A stretch of DNA of 63,534 nucleotides, the filler included, from Porpidia crustulata (taxonomy: Eukaryota), in the NCBI GenBank assembly GCA_964255105.1. It is 7 parts of 7 records of this genome, joined end to end, with 100 filler letters (N's around TTAATTAATTAA, not from the genome) between each part and the next. Parts side by side here need not be neighbours in the genome. Positions count along the whole stretch, not along the records: positions 18,199 to 27,190 come from CAXUWE010001016.1; positions 27,291 to 36,282 come from CAXUWE010001017.1; positions 36,383 to 45,372 come from CAXUWE010001018.1; 4 more parts are not named here. The stretch is one strand, 5' to 3'. The translations under genes were made by a program, and so were the position numbers. The notes under the pieces were generated by a model, which was not told where the DNA came from, did no database searches, and saw nothing but the letters and a program-made list of their open reading frames with translations. This document shows positions 25,695 to 39,300 of this stretch, piece after piece. Position 1 is the stretch's first letter. Each line of letters opens with the position of its first letter.

Positions 25695-27190
25695 TTTACA
25701 ACAGTCCTAAAAACCGATGAGTTCTTGGAACTTGTGCAGTAAGGAACGAACTTGGGAAGGAAAGAAACAGCTTCTTTAAATGAAATTCGGAGTGTCGATC
25801 TATCTTAACATCTATCACAAGGATAGTCGTGGAGTGAATGTCCCACGTGGTGAAGTGGTCCCAGATAGCCGGATAAGGTACCTTACAGAAGGCGATGTCG
25901 CCGGAGATGTCTCACTCACGTGACCACATACAATGTACCTTAGTTGGGCAATTAATCTTCACTTTCATCACAAGCACGCACGGATTATCTGTCGGTTCCC
26001 TGAATGCCATGTTCATCTCCTGGGGCTGGTTATGCACACGTTGGCAGTTGCACGGAGAGGAGCCCCCATCCAGCTGAGCGACCATGGATAACGTTGTCGA
26101 AGACGATTGTACGATTGTACGCGAAGAACGATTCGGCCTTTCAGATCCTTGTGGATGATCAGATGTTGCATACAAGTATCGACATTACGATGCTAACCTG
26201 AGATTTCCGTTTGCTCTGTCATAGTACAGATCGACAACCCTAGGTTAGTAGGTTCAGACGATAGATCCATACATAACGTTCTCATGCGCGTAATAGAAGC
26301 GACATATATCGTTTCTCGACGATAGGTTAGGGCTAACAGCTACGACGACTGGGGGCGGCCCCGGATTGACGAGCAGAGCGACCCCCAATGGCCCAAAGCT
26401 GGATCGAGACTCTGTGACCGTATTTTCTGAGATCCATTCTGGAAGCTATTAGAGAAGGAGCTTCTAAGCAAGTGTTTCACAACCAGCTTGCTATCAGTCT
26501 CCGTGCAGTCTGTATCCAATGAGAAATTGTTTCCGAAGTTGTCCATGGTACTTGCCTTATAAGCCGCTTCTTAGGCGACGGCCGTGGCTGCGCGAGACAT
26601 TCACAGCGAGTTATTTCAACGGGGGCCATATCTATGGGGCCTTGACGAATGATGGCAATAATGTTCAATAGTTTTCGCGAATGGTGTGTTTCAACCTGGC
26701 AGTAGCCGCTAGTCCTGTTGTAGTTAGGCACATCCGAAGTCAAATTGGACTGCTTCGCTATCTGTATCTTGTAACTTGCAAGCGCTTTACAACTGGCCTC
26801 TATCTAACAATATTGGATGCATGGACGTGGAGGATCTTGTTTTTCATGAATGGAGGCTTTGATTAGTTGAAGTTTCGGCCATGTACAAGCAGCCTAAGTA
26901 GGCTTTGATTCATGATCGGGCTTCAGTCATCAACATCAGCTCCATTCATAGAATTAACTGATTCATTGATTTAGGAGTTTGATAAGCACTACGAAATATA
27001 AAGACAAGCAGTCATCTCGTCATTTCCGCAATGTTGTCACTCTTTCATAATGGTATCTACTGTCGCCGCCTACTCACAAGTCAGTTCAGTCGCTTGCCAA
27101 CTTTCTATTCGGCTGAGAACAAAAAGCAGTCTACTATACTTGATTTGGATTCTTAAACATATCATCATACACTCCCAAATCGCCCCATAA

Positions 27191-27290
27191 NNNNNNNNNN
27201 NNNNNNNNNNNNNNNNNNNNNNNNNNNNNNNNNNTTAATTAATTAANNNNNNNNNNNNNNNNNNNNNNNNNNNNNNNNNNNNNNNNNNNN
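27191..27290. other. Artificial contig spacer
   Basis: N44-TTAATTAATTAA-N44. Confidence 0.97.
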
Positions 27291-27292
27291 CT

Positions 27293-27619
27293 CAAACCCC
27301 CTCATCTCCCTCCTCATCACGCTCACCATCGCCCGTTACCCCATCTCGGACCCGTCGGCAGTCCAAACATAGCCGACGGAAATCATCGGTAGGGACCCTC
27401 AAGTCGGTGAAATCAGCCAACAACGTCTTCGTCAATTTCACGCCCCGCGACAGGGAAAAGATTGTCAACAGCGTGGCGCCGAGCGGAAGCTCGAAGACGA
27501 AAGCACGAAGGGAGCAGGAGGCGAGTGAGAAGCGGCGGAAGATGAGCCTGGCGGCGGAGAAGGTGGTGCAGGAGGCGGGAGGGGATGTGGAAAAGCTACG
27601 GGCATCGGGGGTTTTCTAA
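27293..27619 (+). CDS. wetA: WetA developmental regulator, C-terminal fragment (5' part lost at contig edge)
   Basis: FVNFTPRDREKIVNSVAPSGSSKTKARREQEASEKRRKMS...AGGDV matches the conserved ESC1/WetA C-terminal domain; the frame is open from the contig start. Confidence 0.88.
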   Translation, partial: QTPSSPSSSRSPSPVTPSRTRRQSKHSRRKSSVGTLKSVKSANNVFVNFTPRDREKIVNSVAPSGSSKTKARREQEASEKRRKMSLAAEKVVQEAGGDVEKLRASGVF

Positions 27620-27746
27620 TACGAGGGTGGATAGATGAGAGATTGTATGGTATATAGAAATGTAGGATTCGAAAGCTCAAGTAGATGAATTTAAGGGAGC
27701 TTTTGGGCGTCTACTGACTGTCTGTCTCGCTGTTTTCCGGAATGTA

Positions 27747-27796
27747 TTAGGGTTAGGGTTCAACGGCCGAGCACCACACACACACACACACACACA
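27747..27796. repeat. TTAGGGTTAGGGTT telomere-like dimer (27747-27760) followed by (CA)11 microsatellite (27775-27796)
   Basis: Read directly from the sequence. Confidence 0.85.
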
Positions 27797-28323
27797 GCAA
27801 AACCAACATAGGGGTAGTGCTAAGCTTTCTCTTAGTAGCCGTCCCTGATCAGCGAATGAAAAGATCTGCTGCAGGATGACGTTGCAATCCCGTTATAGCC
27901 GAGCATTAAAGTATCAATTAAACTATGCAGTTTTATGTTGATTGTTATCCATGCTTTTAATCAGAGACGTAGTGAATGGACGGCCAATTCGATCCACTCA
28001 ACAATAATAAATCACCATGTACCATCAACTGATGCGATTGGTGATGCTTGTCTTGGTGAAGACAGTCATAAGCCAGCAAAACCCTCCATGAGAATTAATT
28101 CACCTCCAATTTGTTACTGATGTATAGTAAACACCCCTTTGTCATTTCCTGATTTGCACCACCACGCGCCCAGGTTTGCACCCTGCCCACTGTACCACGT
28201 TGACAACATAGCATTTCGCAAGCAAATACAATTGCCCTCTTTCAACCGCCATCTTTTCAATCAATGATTCTGTCGCAACAAGCACAGCAATTTAAAGGCC
28301 GATAGAGCTCCTCAGTTTCCGGC

Positions 28324-31300
28324 ATGGATACGCATCATGATGAGGAGCCTGCTAATATTCTACCAATTCCACCCCCATTAGAATTTCCTTTTCCACCAAA
28401 AACCAATAGCATCTCCACCGGCTTTTCATCAACTCCAACAACAAATGGAGTCTCTACGACCTCTACCACTCCAACCACTCAACCCAATACCTTGGCTAGC
28501 AAAGAGCATGTGAACCTCTCGTCAAGACCGAAGCCTCTATCAGCAGAAAAGAAGTCCGTGAGCGAACGGCCCGCGCTCGGGGAAAGAAGATCGTTGTTGG
28601 GGTTGAGAAGGGGTAAAACCGGAAATGGGCGTACCGCCTTGCAAAACGCAGCTTGGCAATCAGACAATACTTCATCGAGTTCATCGTCCTCAGAAGACGA
28701 GGACTTTGCCGGCGGGCGTCCTCCGAACGCTACTAGGAGATCGACCAGAAGTCGAGCTGCCAGCGATGGCAAAACTGGACCTCGTCCAAAGAGACAGAGA
28801 GATAGTGACGACCAATATTCCCGATTCAAGGTGGGTAACGAGAACTTCAAGACGAAGGGTAGAGTGTCAAAAAAAGATGGGCGATTGAATATCAGTGTCA
28901 ATGAAACAGCGAATCGAGGATATCTGGCAAAGGCACTTGGCGCAACCTTGAAACATCAGTTCCACCCAGGTAGCAAAAACAATACAAAGGACCCGCCGCT
29001 TTCACCACTGCACGAAGAAGATGCGACTGCTCGACCAACATTTGCAACGAGACTCTCAGCTCTGTCGGCTACCACTTCGATTGAGGCTGCGCCAATACCC
29101 GTGATGAATATTGTCATCATGGTACTCGGAAGCCGAGGAGATATCCAACCTTTTCTGAAGATTGGAAAAGTCCTCAAGGACGAGCATGGCCATCGCGTTC
29201 GGATAGCTTCACACCCTGCTTTTAAGGATTTCGTTGAGCAAGATACAGGCCTGGAGTTCTTCTCTGTTGGAGGCGATCCTTCTGAGTTGATGGCTTTTAT
29301 GGTCAAGAATCCCGGACTTGTGCCTTCAGTGTCTACGGTCAGAGCCGGCGAAATAGGACGAAGACGCGACGCCTTTGTTGAGATGTTCGATGGATTCTGG
29401 CGGGCCTGTATCAATGCTACTGATAACGAAAGCGATGCGTCGAATTTGAGAATGATGGAGAAAAACCGTCCATTCGTTGCCGACGCCATCATTGCAAATC
29501 CTTCCTGTCTAGCTCACGTCCATTGTGCCGAGCGTCTTGGAATACCCTTACATCTGATGTTTACTTTTCCTTATACCCCTACCCAGGCGTTTCCACATCC
29601 TTTAGCGAACATCAAGAGTGGTAATGTCGATACTAATTATGTTAATTTCATGTCATATCCGCTGGTCGAGGTGATGTGAGTTTCTTACAGCTTCTATCAT
29701 AAGACTACTGACATTAGTAGGATATGGCAAGGCCTTGGAGACTTGGTAAATCACTTTCGAGTTAAGACATTGGGGCTAGAGCCTGTCTCTACTCTATGGG
29801 CCCCTGGACAGCTTTTCCGGCTCAAGGTACCTTATTCGTATCTCTGGTCCCCCGGCTTGATTCCAAAGCCAGCAGACTGGGGTCCTGAGATAGATATTGC
29901 CGGATTTGTCTTCCTTGATCTAGCATCTGCATTTCAACCACCAGAAAGTCTAGTCAAATTCTTGGATAACGGCGAACCACCTGTATATATTGGGTTCGGT
30001 AGTATTGTGGTGGATGATCCTGACAAATTCACGTCCCTGATCTTTAAAGCGGTCGAGAAGGCTGGCGTCAGAGCTTTGGTCAGTAAGGGATGGGGTGGCT
30101 TAGGGGATGAAGGTAACACTCCGAAAAACATCTATATGCTGGAAAATACTCCTCATGATTGGCTGTTCCACCGCGTCAGTGCAGTGGTTCATCATGGTGG
30201 TGCGGGTACAACGGCTATTGGTCTGAAGTGTGGAAAGCCCACCATGATTGTTCCATTCTTTGGAGATCAGCCTTTTTGGGGTGCCATGGTAGCAAAGGCA
30301 GGAGCTGGTGCTGACAAGGCTGTGCCGTATAAGAAACTCACGGCGGATGCGCTAGCGGAAGGAATCAGGCAGTGCCTCACTCCAGAAGCAAAGGTGCACG
30401 CCGAAGAGCTCGCACATGATATCGAATTAGAAGGTGATGGAGCCAAGAACGCCGTCGCATCATTCCATGAGCATCTACCACTTCGAGGTCAGTCATCAAT
30501 GCGTTGCTCGGTGTTTCACGACCGGGTGGCGGTATGGTCGCTCAAGAATTACGATCTCAAACTTTCAGTCCTTGCTGCAGAACTACTTTTTGAGGGAAAA
30601 AAGATCAAATGGAATGACCTAAGATTATCACGGGCTTATGAGTGGAACGATTTCGGAGGCCCGGGTGAACCATTTACTGGTGGCGGTGCTGCCATTGCCA
30701 GCTCTGCTGTTGGGGTGTTCAAGGGCGTTGGTGGAATGCCTGTAAGGTGGGCAAAGACATTTAGAAGAAGGGAAAAGCATGAACAGAAAAAGAAGCATCG
30801 CAGGAAAAGTAGTCAGATGAACAGATCGTCAGTTCAGAACGAAAGCAAAGAGATGAATGGCCATGCCAAGGTTCCAGCCGGGGGTGAAATGATGGGGGGA
30901 GTTTCTGGAGATGCGCAAAAGGCCGCTGGAAACGAACAAGCTTTGTCGAACGGTTCTCTGAATCCATCACCAGAGCATGGGATTGACGATGAAGAGATTG
31001 AAGACGACGTATCTTTGGGGACTGAAGGGTCACAGGATAATATAGCGCACGACCTTGCAGAGGATACAAGTCATGGTCTGGCCAAAAGTGGCCAGGCTCT
31101 CGCCAAGGGTAGTACCATTCAGAAAATGTTCATCCATGGTTTATTAGCTGACTTCCATTGATAGCGCCTATGGATCTTGCCCTGGCAATAGCTCAAGGTT
31201 TCCACAATGCCCCCCGACTCTATGGTGACACAACCGTCCGCCGTCCAACCCGCATCTCAGGGTATAGATCTGGATTACGTGCTGCTGGAGAGGAATTCGC

Positions 31301-32204
31301 TTTTGGCATCTATGACGGCGTCACAGGTCTCGTCCGACAACCCTATCATGGGGCCAAAGAAGGTGGTGCTTTGGGCTTCGTCGAAGGTATCGGTAAGGGG
31401 ATCGGAGGATTCGTGCTAAAAGACCTCGCTGCCATTATCGGACCGGTCGGATATACGATGAAGGGCGTACATAAAGAGTTGATCAAGGGAAAACAGCCGA
31501 CGGCTTTTATCCGCAAGGCGAGAATTATACAAGGTGGTAAGGACGTTCGATCGCTTGATGAAAAAGAAATCAAAATTGTTCGGGAGCGAATGGACGCAGC
31601 CTGGGTGGCAATTATGGAGATCAAGAAGGAATATGACAAGACAAAAAAGGAAGGTTTGATCAAGAGAATAGCTTTAGCTCGGGAGAGCCGTCGCATCAAG
31701 CAACATGGCGGCTTCGAAAGTGTGGGAAAAGCGCAGAGAGCGATGAAGAAATGGGAGGGCAGTCGTAAGAAGAGCGAAGAGAAGGGTCGTAGCGAGAGTC
31801 GTCATCTTCCAGACAGGCAAGCCAATGGTACTTTAAAAGGAGTAACATCCAGTAGTGCCGCAAAGCAAGAACATCATGCCAAAAGGGAAGTCGACCACGC
31901 TCGAACCCTCGCAACCGAAAATCAAGAAAACGCACAAGCGCCACCGTCATCAACAACAAAAACAAACGAGCATTCCACTATGAAAAAATTCAGAGAAAAA
32001 CGCCTCGACGAAAAAGGCGTCGAGGCCGCAGACTTTGCGCCAGAGATTCCAGCGCCGACGGCAGAAGATGTGAACCCCATAGACCTGGGAAAGCATATCG
32101 ATGGTAACGGCACAAGCGACGTCGAGGGGCGAGTAGGGGAGGGGAAGGAAAAGAGGCATCGGGGGAGTTTACCTACGCATGGTGTTACGTTGGGAGGATT
32201 GTGA
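28324..32204 (+). CDS. Family GT1 UDP-glycosyltransferase, sterol 3-beta-glucosyltransferase-like; 3 exons
   Basis: NIVIMVLGSRGDIQPF (Glyco_transf_28 N-domain), FVADAIIANP, YIGFGSI and PHDWLF..VVHHGGAGTT..VPFFGDQPFWG. Introns 29676-29720 and 31109-31164. C-terminal APMDLALAIAQGFHNAPRLYGD region. Confidence 0.9.
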
Positions 32205-33483
32205 GGGGGTATGGATATCCATGTGGGCTTTGAAAGCTGGATTTTGGGGTTGCGGGGGATTGCTCGTAGATATCTTTTCGGGTCTTTGTTCGTTCGTCCG
32301 GCTGTCTGGGTTGTAGCGATGGCGTCCTGGGGAGGGTTTGTATCTCGTATCGAGCATGTGTGTATATATATAATTACTTTAAACACTCAATCATCTCCAA
32401 CCGAGCAAACCCGGTGACACGATCTTCATCGGGGGGAATGTAGGTTCATCCGAATCAGAAAATTCAGGTAGGTAAGGTAGGTATGATCTCGGGGTTATTC
32501 GTTGCATTTTAATAGCGAGTCGTTCGAATTTAAACAACGATATTTCTTACTTTGAGTGATCAAGATGATGAAGAATATTTAAATACTATGAGATATTTAA
32601 AATAACAAAATATGCTCAACATCTTACGCAACACAAAAAGGCCACCCTTACTCAGACGAATTTCCAACCTTCAATCCCCAAACACTTTCCTTGCACGATT
32701 CCCACCTACCTACCCATTCTCGCAAAACTTCATTTATCTTCTTGCAGCATCACAGAGCTAAATATTATTAAATTGGGTATTTTCGTGGGAGCTGAAAAAA
32801 GATAGGGTAGAGTAAAGTAAACGGACGACGCGCGGTGAAACGGGAGAGAAGAAGATTACTTGTGAAGGTTTGTTGGGACGGGGGATTTTTTTATTTATGG
32901 TTTGAAGGTGAGTGGTTTGTTATGATTGAAAGCTAGATTTAAATTTATTTTTTGGTGTTCAAGTTGAGTGCGTTGATTGTTATGATGAAGGTTAAAAGAT
33001 GAGAAGAAATTAATTGATTGATTATAAATTCGCGTACACCAAGTGTTTCGAATATTAAGTTGAAAATCGGGCTGAGTACCGACTGTGAACGAAGCTCCGC
33101 CGGGGTTTTGACATCCACAGATATCTTTGTAGATACGCCAAGGTGGTCGAGTTAATCCTGATGGCTGCTTAATCATCCGCTTAAGAAAAGAAAACTATTA
33201 TACACCATATATGTTTGACCGCAACATCCAAAATTCAAAAATGAAAAACCTGCAAATTGAAGGAGCGAGAGAAAAACGTAATGATGAGGCGTCGAAACCG
33301 GGAAATCTCGATGATTAAGCGCGAAGGTAAGGTGCGGGGATACGGGCTTCGGCGGCTGGGGGTGGATAAGTGAGGAAGATGTAGAAGATTGGATTGTTGA
33401 TTTTAGCTAGAGTACAGGTTTACCGCCTAACTAGATACTCTTTTCTCTTCTGGGGCGGCCCCCGGGGGGGGGGAGACCGAAGC

Positions 33484-35307
33484 TCATCTCGCACGAGACC
33501 GACGCTTGCGCTTCGTGACTCTTTGCGGTTTCGACAACGCTACTCGCAAACATCTCTCCCCGCTGTGATTCTTCCTCGTCGTTTTTACCTTGGTCGAAGC
33601 CTTCCTCTGCCGCTGCTTTGACTGCTTCGATAGTCGCGGGGATGGATCCTTTTTAACGTTGGCGTTTTTGGTTTCCGACGAGGTCACGGCACGCGCTATC
33701 TGTTACTGTCTGGCTGCGATCCGGGCGCTACGACGGGGTGGGGGAGGAGTCGGCTTGTGGATCTTGGAGGATGCGGTTGGAGCTCGGGATGTTTGCTGGC
33801 GTGGCCGAGTCGCCCGGGGGATTGGAGAGGTACTCTTGGCCTGCGCTAGAGAGCCGGTTGGACGAGGGGTAGGACGTGTTGCTCGCTGCGTAGTCGGCCG
33901 ATGGGCTTGCTCGGATCTGTCACTGCGTTTACCGCGGACCCCGCCCCGTCGACGTGATCTCGCAGGGGAGGGTGGGTCCTCGTGTGCCTCGCGAGGAGCC
34001 ATAATAGCGTTGATCTCCACCGATCCCTGCGGTGGCTCCTCGCCAGTGTGCTCGGCTGGAGTTCCTGGTCCGTTGCCCTCGTGATCGCTATTACTTCCTG
34101 CGTGAACGTCTGGAGCGGGCTGTACTGAACCAAACGGTGGTGGATCGCCTTTGTAGCCATGGGACCATCCGAAGATGTTGCTCCAGGTCGGGTCACGGTG
34201 TTCGAGAGATGATAGCTTCGGTGAAGGTCGTGGGGTTGGAGGCGGTATCTCTTCCAGCGCATCGATCTCAGACGGGGTGAACTCCATGTCGTTCGGATCC
34301 GCAGGTTCCGATGAAGGTGATTCGTGCCTCCATTTCCACCCTGGCTGGTCACCCCGGCTTTCTTTCCAAAGTCCCTTTTCTTTCCATCGCTTAGTCACAT
34401 TCTCCCGCTTTCGATACCAGAAATCTGAGTTATCCGTGTCACGGCACAGTCTCACCTCTTCCTCGTCGACCTCGAGTTGCCACATGAACCAGGGCCGACT
34501 TGTGATCAGAATTCCTTGACCGTCCACAGGTTCAGACCATTGGTCTGAAGATAAGTGGCGGGAGGAAGAAGTATGAAATTCAGTCGAAGAGTCGGTTTCT
34601 AGAGGCTGCGGGCCAAGAGTCTCGATTCATTCGCCCTTTTCCTTGAGATACAGTCGAACTGCACGCTCATCCCAAGTCTCCTCATCTAACGAAGGCCAAC
34701 TGGCCATCCGAACCTCCTCTGATAGGCTGTTGTATTTCCGGTCCCTGTAAGACCTGTTGCGGTCCCACTTCCATTCCCAATGAGCGGCCTCATCCTTGGG
34801 TTTGAGGTGTACACGTCTTGGTACACCCCATTCCGGGCCCCACACCCCAAGGCGTTCCCATCGCTTCTTGATGCTATGTCTGATCATGATACGTTGCCGT
34901 TGTTCACCAGCACGCCCGATCAGATTCTGTCCACGATAGAGCCGATTATAATTCGCATCCCGATCCAAGTGTTTTGAATCGATCTGAGTTTCCTCTTGCT
35001 TGAATTCGTCGTAATACCGGTCGTATGGACGAGTACGCCCGACAGTAAGCCTGAACAGGCAAATTTCTTCTTTGCTTAACGGTTTACGGAGGAGCTCGTC
35101 GATACTGATCTCGTTTGCGACCAGTGGGAACGGATCAGGAGCTGGCAGTCGGGTGATGCTGCCCGATGACTATGGCGGAGGTGGGTCGTCTTCATCGAAA
35201 CGGTGTCTCCCTCGTTCTAGAAACGCTGGATCTTCTTCCATTTGTTGAAGGATTGGCATAATCGCGTTGAGGTGAGCGGGGTTGATGTCGTGGACGGAGT
35301 GTAGCAT
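33484..35307 (-). pseudogene. Probable pseudogene of a ~600-codon fungal hypothetical protein (W-rich core, P/R-rich tail with RRSARIA motif) with three in-frame stops
   Basis: ORFs 35170..35397, 34627..34968, 33703..34527 and 33484..33687 all share one frame and are separated only by single stops: TAG (35170-72), TGA (34627-29), TAA (33703-05). Confidence 0.75.
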
Positions 35308-36282
35308 CGTGATGGTTGAAAGAATCATTAAACGAATTCTTGGTCCGAACTTGCAAGCTCCAAGAGCGAAAGTCCTGAAAACGTCGCAACATTCCACGAC
35401 GGAGGACTGGCCGAAAGCGGCGACGAGAAGCGCGGCAATTCAATTGATGAACATAAGAAAGCTACATAGTCAATTATGAATGAGAATGAATTGAATAGAA
35501 ATATGATTTGGAACTAATCCTACGGTCGGGAATCTCAAAGGTTTTGTTTCAGTGTCTGAATGCAGCGTCGAGTTCTGGTATTACCCTCTGTCATAAGCTA
35601 TTGCCACCATCCCAGACGATCGCGCCATTAGCTGCACTTGAACATCGGGTCCCTCACCTGCTGCCCACCACAGCGGTGTCCGGTCATGACGGTCCTCTAT
35701 GTTCGTATCAACATCGTCACCTTAACCGTCTAGCGATCCAAGAGCTGGAAGGTTTCAATCGAGTGTCCGATAGCCGCGATGCTTCACTACACCAAAATCA
35801 AAATACCTCTTCGAGTTTTCGGCGCTCGTTACTTTTGACGATACTATCGTATCATTTCAGCGATTGGGCTGGAGTCGAGGATTTGATTGACTATAAGTCG
35901 AACTCGGAAGACTGCGCGTAAAGCCAGATATGAGGATAGTTCAATTCAATCATTTTCGATTTGGGGCCGGCATGATGGTAGTTGGTGAAGCAGAGATGAA
36001 GGATGGAAAGATGCTTTTGGGCTGCATTGATGGGTTGGGTGTCTAATGATAGTGAGAGATAGATCATCAGCTGCGAGACGCGATAATCATGTGATCATAA
36101 AACATTCGCGTGCTGATCCGATATTACTCTCTTTCTGCATTCTCATGTCAGCAAATGCCGATCGAGGGACAGCTTGACAGTCGACGACGATACAAAGTAC
36201 AATTTATAAATATTATTCAAATAAAATATCGGCACCCAGATATTCGAAACCCATCTCTTTTATCCTGCCGCAGACAGCCTGA

Positions 36283-36382
36283 NNNNNNNNNNNNNNNNNN
36301 NNNNNNNNNNNNNNNNNNNNNNNNNNTTAATTAATTAANNNNNNNNNNNNNNNNNNNNNNNNNNNNNNNNNNNNNNNNNNNN
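36283..36382. other. Artificial contig spacer
   Basis: N44-TTAATTAATTAA-N44. Confidence 0.97.
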
Positions 36383-39300
36383 CCTTTGGACACCGTGGAC
36401 GATGGAATTGCGGAGAACAGAAGGAGAGATACAAGGAGATAGAGAAGTGGACGGGTGGAGAGGCGGAGGGAGGAAAGGGCTCGGAGGAGTTTAGCTGGTT
36501 TGTTAGGGCTTTCAGACATAGACGATGTAGTAGTAGGCAAGATCACGCGAGAGGCGGGGAGATGGAGGAGCGGAAATATATTTGGGCCCAAGGAACAAGG
36601 ACTATGTCGTTGCGGTCTCGGGTATTACTGAGAACATTGACATTTGATTCGCCAGAAGCCCGATGACTGTCAGAGATGAAAAGTGTTGTCCGGAGCGCGA
36701 GTTAGAAAGCGACGGGAAAGAGCGTTCTCAAGACCGCACCTAAGCTACCCTTTTGCGTAGGGTACACGTGGTATTGGAAGAAAGGCTAATGCCATCGGAT
36801 TTGGAGAAATTCCAAGAAGTATAGGAACAGTGAAGTTGATAATCATCAGGATTCTTTTGACAAAAGCGAATAGCTCGGTTCCTCGTATTCTGCCGTAATG
36901 CTCAACCGTATGTTTTCAAGGAAGTAAGTACAAGGAGAATCCAGTAACAAACGAACAGAGATGCTGTTCAAATCTCCTCACAGGTCGTTTGTGACAGCTG
37001 TAGAAACATTCGGATCACAAGACTGCTCGTGTGCTATCTTTCTGCCGAACGCTTTGATCGCATTTCATTTAGAAGCTGATTACGAAGACCCTTCCTTATA
37101 AGTCACAGCTTCACTTCAAACTTTTTCTGACAGAGTGGCAGATCTCATGACAAAGTCTTCTGATACCTAAATCCTAGCGAAGAGGAGCACTGCCCCTGCC
37201 AAGCAAGACTCTGTTCACACCCTCCATACGGAGAATTTCTCGGAACATTCCTTCAAGCCGTAGATTCCGAGATCTATTGTACGTAAGTTTGAGTGTCAGC
37301 AAGAGCGGCAGGCTGCACGGTGGCACTATTGACATGCCAACATTTTATACTTGTGTGCCTTGTGACTCCGATGCGCTTAAACAGACGCGAGTCGAATACG
37401 AGCACCAGAGGTTGCCCAAGAGGGCGTCAAGCCAAGTTGTCCGAGAGCAAAATTGAGGCGCGAAAAGTCCGAGAGTATTGCAGAGCTGATAATGCAGGTT
37501 CGCTTTGGGAAGAGATAGGCCTAAGCTTACTAACGGCTCAAAGGCCTCGGACAGTGGTTACGCCGGAGCTGGCATATTCAAGGTGTCAAGGTAGCCATGC
37601 ACGTGGAATATAGGAACGTTGTCATACAAAGGAGAAGGACCAGATAGTAGTGACGAAGTATAAGAGCTCTTTATCAATTCCTGATTTATGTGTAGATTAT
37701 GTAGTCACGACAGCATATTGACGATTGACCCGTACTTACTCCATGACTAGTCCATCCATGATAGGTGACTTGCACCGATGAGAATAGCTAGCCTTTCGAG
37801 CCAAAATGGCGCGATCACCTTGGCTTTCGACATCTCAAAGAAGAAAGTTGTCATGCTCAGCGAGAAAGCACGGACGAGGAGTTGATCTTTGCGAAAGCCT
37901 AAGTTTGGGTCCGTTAAGCGCTTCTTTTGACAGTTGAACCGTCTAAAATAGGACGTGTGGGGCGACTGACTGTACTGCCATACTACCATGGTTTAGACAA
38001 GGGTTTTGGGGACGTTGAGGTGATCCATGTGACCGAAGTATTACCACATAGAGCGTCGGGCACGGCTCCGGAATCGCGGTTATTGGACTCAAGTCCATGA
38101 TTGTAGTAGTTTATCGGTCACCTTTAACAAGACCGTCTTTTACATACACTTGATGAGGACCTCCACACTCGAACTACTTGGTAAAGGGATTGTCATTGGG
38201 GGCGTACCCGTCGTCACATCGTATTCTATGCCGTCCTTGGCATGAAGGCGGCATCGTCAACACTGGCGTCCTCGGAAGCCACCACTAAAGTCCTTGAACA
38301 GCTTGAATGCTTGGTGCAAGCGAGGCAAGTCCGTGGTGTAAATATTTACGAACGGAATGGTTGTGTTGCCGGTAGGAGTATGAGCGAGCATGCGAACGTG
38401 TGAATGCCCGACGATCTGTCACAACTTAATTGGCGACAACTTCAGCTGATGTACTAATAAGCATGAAGTAATGGTTGACTGTCGACGTCCTCATAAGTGT
38501 AATTGGTCTTTGAGTCTTCGAGCAGTGCATGACCCCTCTCCCGGAGGTTGGTTTCACGCTCGCCACACAGTACAACGCTACGAGTACCCCCAACTTTCCA
38601 GGGTCCATGTCCTAGGCTCTCGACTAGGAGTGTCGTTATTGCAATTCGCAATTTGCAAATGTTGTGCCTCTAACGGAAACCCCTTCCTTCCCCTGTTCCT
38701 ACACTCATGCACCATGACCATATTAGATATGGGATCTGGCGATGAGACTCCTCCGTCTCAACCTAGCCTGGTCTGGGCCTGTGCCAACCGCCGCTATTGC
38801 CCTGGTTTATTCGTAGTGTCGCCGGAGATAGCTGCTGGGTCGCTCTGTACCGTGAAACTGATCTGGGGTAACAACGCAGTGGGTGCTGTCATTGGTTGGA
38901 TTCTACCCTTGAGAGTAAGCGCAAATGCACGAGGCTTGAAAGGGAGCAGTACTCTCTACTCCAGTATCAGGCTAACATTTGACCCCTAGCTGGAGATCGG
39001 TACCTTGTTGATATTTCGTACTTTACTAGAGTGAAATAGTAGAGAATCACTGCACGATTAGGAGTAGTAAGTAATTAGTGGGCGAAAGCGGCCTCCAAAG
39101 TATATTGATGTGGGTCAGCAGCATTGAATTGAGTGGCGACAAGCAATGCACCTCAGCGCTCGAGTCGCTTCACTGCAGGATCGATGTCATCGAAGCCAAC
39201 GCGACATGTTGAAGGCGACGATAGCAGAAGCAATAGTCGCACCGTTCTGCTCCACTGTGCAGTGAGCGAGAGTTTACCGTTGGTCTTCTGCAGTTCTTGT

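Noticed and set aside
27747..27760. Telomerase RNA template or chromosome end
   Set aside because: Only ~2.3 repeats in a short intergenic gap between two coding genes, and no pseudoknot context is recognisable.
14319..32204. Apparent biosynthetic cluster: NR-PKS + glycosyltransferase + wetA/bdf1 regulators
   Set aside because: The genes lie on three different contigs separated by artificial spacers.
32520..33060. AT-rich A/C-skewed then G/T-skewed stretch as MITE or inverted repeat
   Set aside because: No alignable terminal repeats or target-site duplication; resembles compositional skew or low-quality consensus.
33279..33316. Minimal hammerhead-like motif (TGATGA-G..C-GAAAC)
   Set aside because: The core begins ATGATGA rather than CTGANGA, stem III has a mismatch, and there is no valid NUH cleavage triplet.
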